The notes beneath the pieces were generated by a model. That model was not told the origin of the DNA. It saw only the letters and a list, made by a program, of their open reading frames with translations, and searched no databases. A stretch of DNA of 62,880 bases, counting the filler, from Candidatus Fermentibacterota bacterium (GTDB taxonomy: Bacteria > JAFGKV01), in assembly GCA_016928395.1 (NCBI GenBank). It is 7 parts of 7 records of this genome, joined end to end, with 100 filler letters (N's around TTAATTAATTAA, not from the genome) between each part and the next. Parts side by side here need not be neighbours in the genome. Positions count along the whole stretch, not along the records: positions 27,841 to 38,036 come from JAFGKV010000088.1; 6 more parts are not named here. The stretch is one strand, 5' to 3'. Positions 29,369-38,136 of this stretch are shown piece after piece. How positions within the stretch are numbered: the stretch's first letter is position 1; each line of letters begins with the position of its first letter. Made by a program: the position numbers and the translations under genes.

Positions 29369-31462
29369 TCACTCACTGATGACGATTCGGGCATCGACAG
29401 CCATGACCCCTTGGCCCTTCTCGTAGACGAAGAGGGGGTTGATATCCAGCTCCACGATCTGTGGCAGGTCGGTGACCATCTGAGAGACTCGCAACAAGCA
29501 TTCGACCATTGCCTCCATATCCGAGGGTGGTTCGCCGCGGACGCCGGCTAGCAACGGATAGGAACGCAGGCTAGTGATCATTTCCCGCGCCTGAGGAGGC
29601 GTGATCGGGGCGATGGCAAACTGCACATCTTTGAGCACCTCCACGTAGATCCCGCCCAGGCCAAACATGACCATGTGGCCAAAGGTGGGATCCTTGGTCA
29701 CCCCAAGGATGATCTCCTTGCCCTTGGCCACCATCTCCTGCACGGCAACGCCCCAGATGTCGGCGTCAGGCATATAGCGGCGGGCGCGAAGGAGGATGTC
29801 TTGGTAGGCCTGGCGTGCCTCCTTCTCATCCTTGATGCCCACGACGACGCCACCCATGTCGGATTTGTGCAGGATGTCGGGTGAGATGATCTTCATCACG
29901 ACGGGATACCCGATCTCGGCGGCGAATTGGGCCGCCTGGTCCCCACTGAATGCCAGTTGGGACTGGGGCAGCGGCAGGCCATAGGCCGCCACGATCTGGC
30001 GGGCCTCCATCTCGTTGAGCTTCAGCCGTCCAGCCTTCTGGGCCGCCAGCAGGGCCATCGCCGCACGTTCGCGGTCAGCGGCCATATTGACAGGCTCTTC
30101 GTGTTCCGTGCTGATCCACTCCTGTTGCTGGACCATAGCGCGTAGTGCATCGGCGGCGTCCTCGGGAAAATCATAGAAGGGGATGTGTCCTGCCCCGAGG
30201 ATCTTATTGCCGGCAGCTATATCTTTGCCGCCCATGAAGCAAGCCAACACCGGCTTGTCGTGGTTCTTCGAGATACGCACAATCGCCTTGGCCGTGTTGG
30301 CAATCTCGGTCATGGCCTGGGGCGTCAGCAGGAAGATGATCGCGTCCACGCCGGGGTCCTTGAGCGCTGCTTCCAGCGCCTGCTCGTAGCGATCGGACAG
30401 TGCGTCTCCCAGCACGTCGATGGGGTTGTAATGGTTAGCAGCCGGCGGGAGCACTTCATACAGGTAGTCGACCGTTTCCTGGGAGAGGGTAGCCAGCTGC
30501 AGCCCGCCCTTCTCACAGGCATCGGTCGCCATAATGCCCGGACCGCCGGCGTTGGTGATGATGGCGACCCGCCGGCCCTTCGGCAGGGGTTGGTAGGCAA
30601 GCGCCGTCGAGTAGGCGAAGAGCTCCGAGACCGATCGCGCGCGCAGAATGCCGGCCTGCTTGAAGGCGGCGTCGTAGGCGCTATCCGAGCCCGCCAACGT
30701 GCCGGTGTGAGAGGAGACCGCTCGCGAGCCGGCGCTCGTGGTCCCCGACTTGACGCAGATGAAAGGCTTCACTTTGGTCAGGCGCCGCGCCGCTTCCATG
30801 AAGGCATCCCCATCCACGACGCCCTCCAGGTAGGCCATCACCACACTGGTGTTGGGATCATCACGCCATACCTCCAGGAAGTCGGTCTCGTTGAGGTCTC
30901 CCTTATTCCCCAGGCTGACAAAGCTGGAGAAGCCAAGTCCGTTCAGCGCAGCCCAGTCGAGGATGCCGGTGCAGAGCGCCCCAGATTGGGACATAAAGGA
31001 GATCTTGCCTTCGTCTGGCATACGGGCTGCAAAGCTGGCATTGAGGGCGCTGTGGGTGTCAATGACGCCGAGGCAGTTCGGACCCACCACCCGGATGTCG
31101 TACTTCCGGGCGATCTCGATCACGGCCTGCTCCATCTCCCGGCCTTCCGGCCCGGCCTCCCGGAAGCCAGCCGTGATGACGATCGCCGCACCCACGCCTT
31201 TCTCCCCGCAGTCGTTCATCACCCCGGCGACGAATTTGTTGGGGACGACGATCACGGCAAGGTCCACTGGGCCGGGAACGTCCTTCACAGTGGCGTAGCA
31301 CGTCCTGCCCAGGATCTCGTCCGCCTTGGGGTTGATGGGATGGACCTCGCCTTGATATCCATACTTGATGATATTGTCCAGGACCATATGCCCCAGTTTC
31401 GTCGGGTCGGTGGACGCGCCGACCACGGCGACAGCCTGGGGGGAAAAGAGCGCATCTAGCAT
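29369..31462 (-). CDS. ADP-forming acetate/acyl-CoA ligase, fused alpha and beta
   Basis: VVGAS, GPNCLG, SQSGA, SHTGTLAG (phospho-His), TNAGGPG, HKSDMGGV, ELDINP. Confidence 0.92.
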   Translation of the reverse strand: MLDALFSPQAVAVVGASTDPTKLGHMVLDNIIKYGYQGEVHPINPKADEILGRTCYATVKDVPGPVDLAVIVVPNKFVAGVMNDCGEKGVGAAIVITAGFREAGPEGREMEQAVIEIARKYDIRVVGPNCLGVIDTHSALNASFAARMPDEGKISFMSQSGALCTGILDWAALNGLGFSSFVSLGNKGDLNETDFLEVWRDDPNTSVVMAYLEGVVDGDAFMEAARRLTKVKPFICVKSGTTSAGSRAVSSHTGTLAGSDSAYDAAFKQAGILRARSVSELFAYSTALAYQPLPKGRRVAIITNAGGPGIMATDACEKGGLQLATLSQETVDYLYEVLPPAANHYNPIDVLGDALSDRYEQALEAALKDPGVDAIIFLLTPQAMTEIANTAKAIVRISKNHDKPVLACFMGGKDIAAGNKILGAGHIPFYDFPEDAADALRAMVQQQEWISTEHEEPVNMAADRERAAMALLAAQKAGRLKLNEMEARQIVAAYGLPLPQSQLAFSGDQAAQFAAEIGYPVVMKIISPDILHKSDMGGVVVGIKDEKEARQAYQDILLRARRYMPDADIWGVAVQEMVAKGKEIILGVTKDPTFGHMVMFGLGGIYVEVLKDVQFAIAPITPPQAREMITSLRSYPLLAGVRGEPPSDMEAMVECLLRVSQMVTDLPQIVELDINPLFVYEKGQGVMAVDARIVISE

Positions 31463-31496
31463 ATCGAGTCCCCTTTCATATAGCTAACCAGAGAGA

Positions 31497-33740
31497 CTAT
31501 GGGTTACTCCGGGACATCGGCCCGGGTAGGGCCATGGTCTTGGCGACAGGCTGTAGCTCTAGCCAGTACTGCCGCTTGGGGCGCTGAGCCTTTGCGTCTA
31601 CGAGGCGCGGTAGATCCTCCAGGTTACCAAACTGCACCTTCCCCGCCTGCAGACCTATGAAGACCGCAGCCGGCTCGGGCTTGCCGGCTTCCTCGATCAG
31701 GAAATCGACGCAGCGTGCCGCCAAGCGCGTGGCCTGGATGCGATCGAAAGGTGTAGGATCACCGCCCTGTTGTATATGCCCCAGAACGGCCCAGCGCACG
31801 TCAAAGAGGTCGCGCCCTTCCTCACCGAAGATGGAGCAGATGACATCGGTGGTGTAGGCTTCATTGGCATTCTCGTTGCGGATGATCAACGCGAGACGCT
31901 TGCCTTGTCGAAAGCCTTCCTTCAGGAGCTCCACGTCGTTCTGGAGATCCGCCAGCGTGATGCCCTCTTCGTGCATATAGACCCGCTCAGCGCCGGTCGC
32001 CAGCCCACTCATCAACGCCAGATAGCCGCAGTCACGGCCCATCACCTCCACCACGTGACAGCGGTGGGAGGCCACGGCGTATTGCTTGATCTTGTCCACG
32101 GCCTCCATAATGTTGTTCAGGGCGGTATCCGATCCGACGCTCAGCTCAGACCCGGGCAGGTTGTTGTCGATCGCCGCGGGCAGGCAGATCATCGGGATGC
32201 TGAAGGCGGGGTAGTTCCGGCGCTCCAAGAGCATCTGATAGGTGGATTGGTAGCCGGCCCAGCCTCCGATCATCAGGAGCCCTTGTACCTCGTACTCCTC
32301 AAGGTGACGGGCCATGGCGTAGAGGTCGGCCTTGGTGGGCTCGGTGCGGTTGGTACCCAGTTCGGAGCCACCCCGCGTTGCCCATCCGGCGACACTCATC
32401 CAGTCCATCTCCTGAATCTCACCCCGGATCAGGCCCTCAATCCCATTGCTCACACCCAATATGATGTGTCCTTTGTCGGTCCCAAGCCTGACAGCCGCCC
32501 GGACGGCGGTGTTCATACCCTGCGCCGGTGCACCGCAGTTCATCACAGCCAAGCGCAGGCGCTTTTGGCCAGGCTCGGGCCGGTGGGGGAGGGCACGCAT
32601 CAGGGTGCGCGCCGTGCGGAGAGACTCCTTGAAGCTCCCGCCGCGCATCTCCATCGCTTGTTCATAGTCCTGGGCGGCAATCAGGTCGGCAATGGCATGG
32701 GTTTTCGCCACACAGTCCATGAGCGGCGAGCTGGCGACCCGGTTCTCCCGGATGCCGATGAGCTGGGGTTCCCTGTCGGGCGGGCCGGACAGGATCTCGT
32801 CGACGGCGGCGTGGCCCAACAGCGTGGTGTGCCAGCGATCGAAGGCGCTGGGCGCACCTCCGCGCTGGACGTGTCCGAGGATGGTGATGCGCGTCTCCTC
32901 GCCCAGGCCTTCCTCGATCACCGTCTTGACCCGGTCCGTGGTGATCGGGGTGCCGTGCCGGTCCTGCGCGCCCTCAGCCACGATCACGATGCTGTCCCGA
33001 TTGCCGGCTTGGCGGCCCGCGCGGAGGACGTCCACCATACTCGCTTCCCAATCCTCGACGTCGGGTGGGCTCTCGGGGATCAAGAACCAGTCGGCTCCGG
33101 TCGCAATGGCACTCATCAGAGCCAGGTAGCCGCAGTGGCGGCCCATAACCTCGACAACAAAGGCGCGCTGGTGGCTGGAGGCCGTACTGCTGATCGCATC
33201 GATGGCCTCCGTGATCCGGTGCAATGCCGTGTCGGCACCGATGGTCATATCGGTGCCGAACATATCGTTGTCAATGGATCCCACGAGGCCGGCGATCGCC
33301 AGCTGCGCGTGGTCCTGGGCCATCTCAGGGGTGATCTTGTCCTGTTCGACCAACTCCGCCAGCAATTCGGGCCATTCCTGGCGGAAGAGATTCGCGCCGG
33401 TCAGGCTGCCATCCCCGCCGATCACGACCAGGGCATTGATGCCGTGGGTGACCAGGTTGTATGCCGCTTTGCGACGACCCTCGCGGGTGCGGAATTCGGC
33501 GCAGCGCGCCGAGCCGATGACGGTTCCACCCCGGTGGAGGATCCCGCCCACCGAGTCCCACACCATTTTCCGGATATTGTCGCCGCCATCGACCATGCCC
33601 TGGTAGCCTTCGTAGATCGCATAGACCTCAAGGCCACGGTGCAGGGCCGTACGGACGACCGCCCGGACCGCCGAGTTCATACCCGGTGCATCCCCCCCAC
33701 TCGTCAGCACTGCCAGATTCTTGACCTGATGCGTCGCCAT
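31497..33740 (-). CDS. pfkA: 6-phosphofructokinase, tandem-duplicated (eukaryote-type)
   Basis: TSGGDAPGMN, GGDGS, GSIDND, EVMGR and GHVQRGG, plus a second PFK half (AIDNN, GHIQQGG); 747 aa. Confidence 0.93.
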   Translation of the reverse strand: MATHQVKNLAVLTSGGDAPGMNSAVRAVVRTALHRGLEVYAIYEGYQGMVDGGDNIRKMVWDSVGGILHRGGTVIGSARCAEFRTREGRRKAAYNLVTHGINALVVIGGDGSLTGANLFRQEWPELLAELVEQDKITPEMAQDHAQLAIAGLVGSIDNDMFGTDMTIGADTALHRITEAIDAISSTASSHQRAFVVEVMGRHCGYLALMSAIATGADWFLIPESPPDVEDWEASMVDVLRAGRQAGNRDSIVIVAEGAQDRHGTPITTDRVKTVIEEGLGEETRITILGHVQRGGAPSAFDRWHTTLLGHAAVDEILSGPPDREPQLIGIRENRVASSPLMDCVAKTHAIADLIAAQDYEQAMEMRGGSFKESLRTARTLMRALPHRPEPGQKRLRLAVMNCGAPAQGMNTAVRAAVRLGTDKGHIILGVSNGIEGLIRGEIQEMDWMSVAGWATRGGSELGTNRTEPTKADLYAMARHLEEYEVQGLLMIGGWAGYQSTYQMLLERRNYPAFSIPMICLPAAIDNNLPGSELSVGSDTALNNIMEAVDKIKQYAVASHRCHVVEVMGRDCGYLALMSGLATGAERVYMHEEGITLADLQNDVELLKEGFRQGKRLALIIRNENANEAYTTDVICSIFGEEGRDLFDVRWAVLGHIQQGGDPTPFDRIQATRLAARCVDFLIEEAGKPEPAAVFIGLQAGKVQFGNLEDLPRLVDAKAQRPKRQYWLELQPVAKTMALPGPMSRSNP

Positions 33741-33811
33741 GTTATCCCTGTCCCTCCTTTCTAGAGCCTTCCGGCTAGAGCCACGCGGGGATGAAGTCCC
33801 TTCGGCTCCGG

Positions 33812-33832
33812 AACCGCTGAAGCGGTTACTAC
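33812..33832 (-). repeat. REP-like element of a second family
   Basis: Minus strand GTAGT-AACCGCTTCAGCGGTT. Confidence 0.55.
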
Positions 33833-33852
33833 GAACCCCACTTCACTGACCG

Positions 33853-36042
33853 TTAGGAACTGGGGCGCGGGCGGTAGACGCGTGCCTCGCCCGGCCCTAG
33901 ATCGGTGACCTTGTAGCCCTTGTACCGGAACGCCAGCACGGCATCCTCATCCGGCACGCGGTGCGCCGTGGTGAAGTGGCACTCTAGGTGCTCGCCGCTA
34001 TCCAGATTGGGAATGCGTGGGATGTTGAAGTTCCGGATGCCACGCTCCGTATCGGTGTTGACGACAAAGACATAGTCCGCGCTGCCGTCTTTCAGAGTCC
34101 AGGCTATGTGCCGGTTTTCCCCGCTTGGATCGGGGTGGATCAGCCATTGGGTGGGCCGGCCCCGTATCTCCTGGAAGATCTGGTCGACGTAGAGCCGCAG
34201 GCGGGTCAGCACATGGAACTGCCAGCCGTTGCGCCCCCAGACGTAGGGGCCTGTGGTTGCCCTAGGCCCGCAGCTCTCCTGGAAGACGTAGAGCTTGGTG
34301 TAGTGCTCGTTGGGCGCCGGCTGGTAGTGCGCCTCGCGGGTCTCGAAACCGAGGGACATATAGCTTGGCATATCGGTCAGGAAGAAGGCGATGAAGAATC
34401 GCACCGCACTGCCCTTGAGGTAGTACTCGTCAAAACGCGGGTCGTCCTTGTCACCGGTGATGAGGGTGAAACTGGGCGCGAAGTCCCTCGTTGTGAGCAG
34501 ATCGTAGTAGCGTCGGAATCTCAGCAGGAAGTCGGGCGATCCGACACAGGTGGATTGCAGGTCCCCGAGGGTGGTATCGGCGTCAGAGGCCTCTAGGTGG
34601 TCGACCTCATCACCGTAGAGAAACGCATCCCTGGCACCGAGGAAGGTCTCGGCGAAATAGCCGAAGTAGTCCACGCCCCTGTCCAGCTGGATATGGTGCT
34701 TCACGGCGCGCAAGATGTCGTAGGTGTCATCGGGGCTCTCGGGCACACCCCCGGGCCGCATCTGCACGTGCGCCATATCGCCCCGCATGAAGTCGAAACC
34801 GTAGCGGCGCTGCACCTCGGCGTATCTGCCGCACACGTAGGCCCAGACCTCTTTGCGAGGACGGTCGAAGTCGATCTCCCAACCGGTGTTGTCGTTCAGT
34901 CGTTCATATAGCTTGTAGCGGGTCAGGGGGCCGAAGACGCGCGACATCGATTGCGGCTCGGTCATGGCATAGTCACGCCATAGATCTCCGTGGCTATCGG
35001 CGTGGGCCGTCGCTATGTCCACCCTGAGACCCCGAAACGGTGGCGCCATCGTCGCCGGCACGGGCTCATAGCCGTAGGCGACCAGATACCGGATCAGCTG
35101 AATCCGGCGCTCCGTACGCCCGCTGCGATCCTCGGGGCGCCCAAAGAAGATGCGCGACCGTAGGGCCTCGGAGACTGCCTCCGAGAAGAAGGCTTCGCGT
35201 GAGGTGGGCACATCGTCGCCGGGAACGGCGGGACCGTTGTCGGATAGGAAATCCAGAATACGGTCCTGGACCTGCTCGTGCAGATGCGCCGCATGATCCA
35301 CGATCTCGGTGTCCTCGCGCTGGAGCCACTCGAAGTAGTGGGGCTGGGCCAAGACGATCTCAGAGAAGCGATCGGTATGGGGGATGACATCCATGCCGAC
35401 GGCCTTGCCCATCGCGTGGAGCAGGTTGATCACGGCCTTTAGCTGTCGCTCGACCGTGTCCAGCTCGGGGTACGCCTCTGCGAGCTCCGCGCTGAAGAAC
35501 TCGTCGTTGATGAACCAACTGCTCATGCCATACAGGCTGCCGACCACGCCCGGCTCCCAGATGGGGAGGAGGTGGATGGCGTCCTGGGAATGGGGCAGCG
35601 TGAGCGCGTACTTGATGACGTTCCAGAAGCTGCCGACGGTCCGGACATTGATCCCGACCATGTTGCTCTGTTTGAGCCAGCTGCCACCGGTCCGGTCGCG
35701 AACAGGGCTCCTGACGGACGGAGGCAGGGCTGAGGCCGGCTGCTCGGGGTCGGCGTGCTGCAGAGCGTCGGCGAGACCCGTCCCCAGTCGCCGGGTCAGA
35801 ATGCTGAGCGTCTCGTCAGGCGTCAACTGCACGGCTTGCGCCGGCAGCAGGTTGGGCACGAAGGACACGCGATGGTCGCAGTATGCAGCGACAAGCGGGT
35901 CTCTGCGGCGTTCCCAGGCATCCAGGAACTCCTGGTAGACCTTGGGTACGTCAAGCACAGCGTTCATAGGCTCGCTTTCTGTGAAGAAGCTCATCTCGCC
36001 GGGCTGAAGGGGGCGAACTCCACCAAAGAGCGCCGACTCCAT
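33853..36042 (-). CDS. Alpha-amylase (GH13-like) family protein
   Basis: IHLLPIWE..GSLY, GMDVIPHT, GFDFMRGDMAH (nucleophile Asp) and FAE. Start placed at 36042 because the sequence upstream is repeat DNA. Confidence 0.7.
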   Translation of the reverse strand: MESALFGGVRPLQPGEMSFFTESEPMNAVLDVPKVYQEFLDAWERRRDPLVAAYCDHRVSFVPNLLPAQAVQLTPDETLSILTRRLGTGLADALQHADPEQPASALPPSVRSPVRDRTGGSWLKQSNMVGINVRTVGSFWNVIKYALTLPHSQDAIHLLPIWEPGVVGSLYGMSSWFINDEFFSAELAEAYPELDTVERQLKAVINLLHAMGKAVGMDVIPHTDRFSEIVLAQPHYFEWLQREDTEIVDHAAHLHEQVQDRILDFLSDNGPAVPGDDVPTSREAFFSEAVSEALRSRIFFGRPEDRSGRTERRIQLIRYLVAYGYEPVPATMAPPFRGLRVDIATAHADSHGDLWRDYAMTEPQSMSRVFGPLTRYKLYERLNDNTGWEIDFDRPRKEVWAYVCGRYAEVQRRYGFDFMRGDMAHVQMRPGGVPESPDDTYDILRAVKHHIQLDRGVDYFGYFAETFLGARDAFLYGDEVDHLEASDADTTLGDLQSTCVGSPDFLLRFRRYYDLLTTRDFAPSFTLITGDKDDPRFDEYYLKGSAVRFFIAFFLTDMPSYMSLGFETREAHYQPAPNEHYTKLYVFQESCGPRATTGPYVWGRNGWQFHVLTRLRLYVDQIFQEIRGRPTQWLIHPDPSGENRHIAWTLKDGSADYVFVVNTDTERGIRNFNIPRIPNLDSGEHLECHFTTAHRVPDEDAVLAFRYKGYKVTDLGPGEARVYRPRPSS

Positions 36043-36080
36043 TATAGGGGTGACCTCTGGGTTGTGCAACTGGAAGACGG

Positions 36081-36243
36081 AAGGGGATAGGGGAAAGGGG
36101 AAAGGGGATAGGAAACAGGGGAAGAAATGGGTTTGTTTGGTAATAACCTGGCCATGTGGGTAGGGGGGGCGAATGCGCGAATCAGCGAATGACAGAATGG
36201 CGGAATTGGCGAATGGGGGCATAGCATCTGTGTAATCTGCGTG
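36081..36243. repeat. Composite repeat element, copy 1
   Basis: Heptamers, then core AGAAATGGGTTTGTTTGGTAATAACCTGGCCATGTGGGTAGGGGGG, GAATGACA-like octamers and ATCTGTGTA-like units. Confidence 0.8.
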
Positions 36244-36400
36244 TTGCGGTAGTCGTCCCCATGGACTGGGACGATGGTGCTCAGGGCGCGGCCTTTCAGG
36301 CGCGAGGCGATCCGCGGGTCGAAGTCGTCGACGTCTCCGGTGATGGTGACGACCGAGGGCAGCCGCCAGTTGTAGGTGATGCGCCCATACTCCTCGGGCT
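36240..36400 (-). pseudogene. C-terminal remnant of a DnaC/IstB-like ATPase
   Basis: YNWRLPSVVT...DPRIASRL...IVPVHGDDYR with no Walker motifs and no start; runs into the repeat without a stop. Confidence 0.65.
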
Positions 36401-37318
36401 GGGGAGCGTGTAGCCGTAGGGTTGTCCAAGCTGTCGACGCCCTGTCCGATAGGGGTTGGAGCGCGGTCCTTGTGTGCCATAGGGGGATGCCTCCTTCGGG
36501 GGTCTGCGTTCGGGGTGCAGGATGATGGCGCGGGTGTAGTGCCAGCGGTTGCGGGCGCCGATGGAGGCCCGGAACGCGGCCCGCCAGCGTTCCAGGTCCT
36601 GACACTCGTGGGCCACGAGGTCGGTGAGCTCGTTGTGAATCATCGCCGTCAGGGCGCCGCCGATCTCCTGCTCGTAGAGGGCGACGACCTGGGCCAGGAC
36701 GGGGTCGCGGGTGGGATCGTCCGGGCTGTTGCCCGGCGGCGCACGGGGGGGTAAGGGGGGGACATCATCCACATCGTCTTTTTTGCTGCCCTCAGTCTTA
36801 GTCAGATCAGTATTTAGTAGGGCGTGGTTGGCCGGATTCGGGTTTTCCCCATGCGGATGGTCCGTGGATGGGGGCCCCACAGTTGGGAGGGCCGTAGGTG
36901 GGAGGGCCGCAGGTGTGCAGGGACGGGCTGGTTCATTGAGGGGGGCCTCCGCGCGGTCGGCCTGGACAGGCCGACCTACATCGCCGGGATCAATTCCCCC
37001 GTCCGGCGGCAGGGGCTGTTCGTAGACCGTGAGCCGGACGCCGGCGAAGCGGCCCGTCGCCGGGTCGTGCAGGGTCTCGCGGACCAGGTAGCCACGCGCC
37101 TCCAGCTCCTGGAGCCCGGAGCGGACGGCGGTCTCGCCGTCGGGGCTGCGCTTCACCAGGTCGGACATGCGGATCTCCCAGCCGTCGGGCCGGCTGAGCC
37201 GATAGCTCATCAGCCCCTTGGCTTTCCAGGAGAGCGCGAGGTCCTCGGCGACGCGCTTGTCGATCATGACATAGGGGTGATCGCGGTTCTTTTCACAGCG
37301 GATGATGGTGGGTGGCAT
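36296..37318 (-). CDS. Phage-type replication initiator-like protein (wHTH plus DnaD-like domain)
   Basis: LSWKAKGL..LSRPDGW...GLQELEARGY and YEQEIGGALT...NRWHYTRAI; AGGAGG RBS. Confidence 0.72.
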   Translation of the reverse strand: MPPTIIRCEKNRDHPYVMIDKRVAEDLALSWKAKGLMSYRLSRPDGWEIRMSDLVKRSPDGETAVRSGLQELEARGYLVRETLHDPATGRFAGVRLTVYEQPLPPDGGIDPGDVGRPVQADRAEAPLNEPARPCTPAALPPTALPTVGPPSTDHPHGENPNPANHALLNTDLTKTEGSKKDDVDDVPPLPPRAPPGNSPDDPTRDPVLAQVVALYEQEIGGALTAMIHNELTDLVAHECQDLERWRAAFRASIGARNRWHYTRAIILHPERRPPKEASPYGTQGPRSNPYRTGRRQLGQPYGYTLPSPRSMGASPTTGGCPRSSPSPETSTTSTRGSPRA

Positions 37319-37342
37319 TGCGGGGAGGACCTCCTGAGGCGA

Positions 37343-37529
37343 AAGGGGACAGGGGATAGGGGGAGAAATGGGTTTGTTTGGTAAAAACCTGGCCATGTGG
37401 GTAGGGGGGAGTGAATGGGCGAATGACAGAATCGGCGAATGAGTGAATGACAGAATGACGGAATGACAGAATCGGCGAATGAGGGCATAGGATCTGTGTC
37501 AGCTCTGAAATCTGTGGATTCATCTGTGG
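37343..37529. repeat. Composite repeat element, copy 2
   Basis: Same core (one mismatch) and same module order as copy 1, with more octamer units. Confidence 0.8.
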
Positions 37530-37896
37530 GGTGCTCCGGGGTTGCGTGGTGAACCTACTCCTATTGTACGGGCAAGATCGGGGGGATTCAAGTCTGCAGG
37601 GTGGGGAACTTGGGTGGGAATATCTGCCGGGTCAATTGTCCGAATCACGGATTACCGGATTTCACGGATGGGGACATGTGGTGATGTGGGTTGGGCAGCC
37701 ATGCCCGACCACGCCGCCGGAGGCGGCGTCAATGCGCGTCTCGCCGCCGGTAGCAGCCCACCTTGCCGGCGTTAAGACACCGCCGTGATGCTTGTCGCGC
37801 AGGGCCGGAGCAGGCAGGATGCCCGCGGTCCGTTGGTCGCTGTCCCACGTCACGGCGTCTCGCGCAGCACAGCCTGTGCGCTACCCCGCCCTCGAC

Positions 37897-38034
37897 CTAG
37901 CCGAAGAGGCCCTCCGCATCCACCACGTCTGCGTAGTCGACGTCGATCGTCGCGAAGTGGCGGCGGGCGCAGTCAATCTTCATATTCTCGGTGCCGCGGC
38001 GTTGGTCGGGGTCGGTGGTGGCTTTGGTCTCGCG
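37897..38034 (-). CDS. res: Type III restriction endonuclease Res subunit, C-terminal fragment
   Basis: Manual translation RETKATTDPDQRRGTENMKIDCARRHFATIDVDY (ETK..R..E..KI.C...HF); absent from the ORF track. Confidence 0.75.
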   Translation of the reverse strand, partial: RETKATTDPDQRRGTENMKIDCARRHFATIDVDYADVVDAEGLFG

Positions 38035-38036
38035 GA

Positions 38037-38136
38037 NNNNNNNNNNNNNNNNNNNNNNNNNNNNNNNNNNNNNNNNNNNNTTAATTAATTAANNNNNNNN
38101 NNNNNNNNNNNNNNNNNNNNNNNNNNNNNNNNNNNN
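38037..38136. other. Artificial contig linker
   Basis: N-run, TTAATTAATTAA, N-run. Confidence 0.98.

Noticed and set aside
31770-33764. 664-aa plus-strand ORF, and similar long ORFs at 13450, 30185, 46317 and 53085
   Set aside because: Antisense shadows of clear genes, expected in GC-rich DNA; no motifs.
36043-36480. 146-aa N-terminal extension of the GH13-like ORF
   Set aside because: It translates through repeat DNA and the DnaC remnant; the real start is probably 36042 or slightly downstream.
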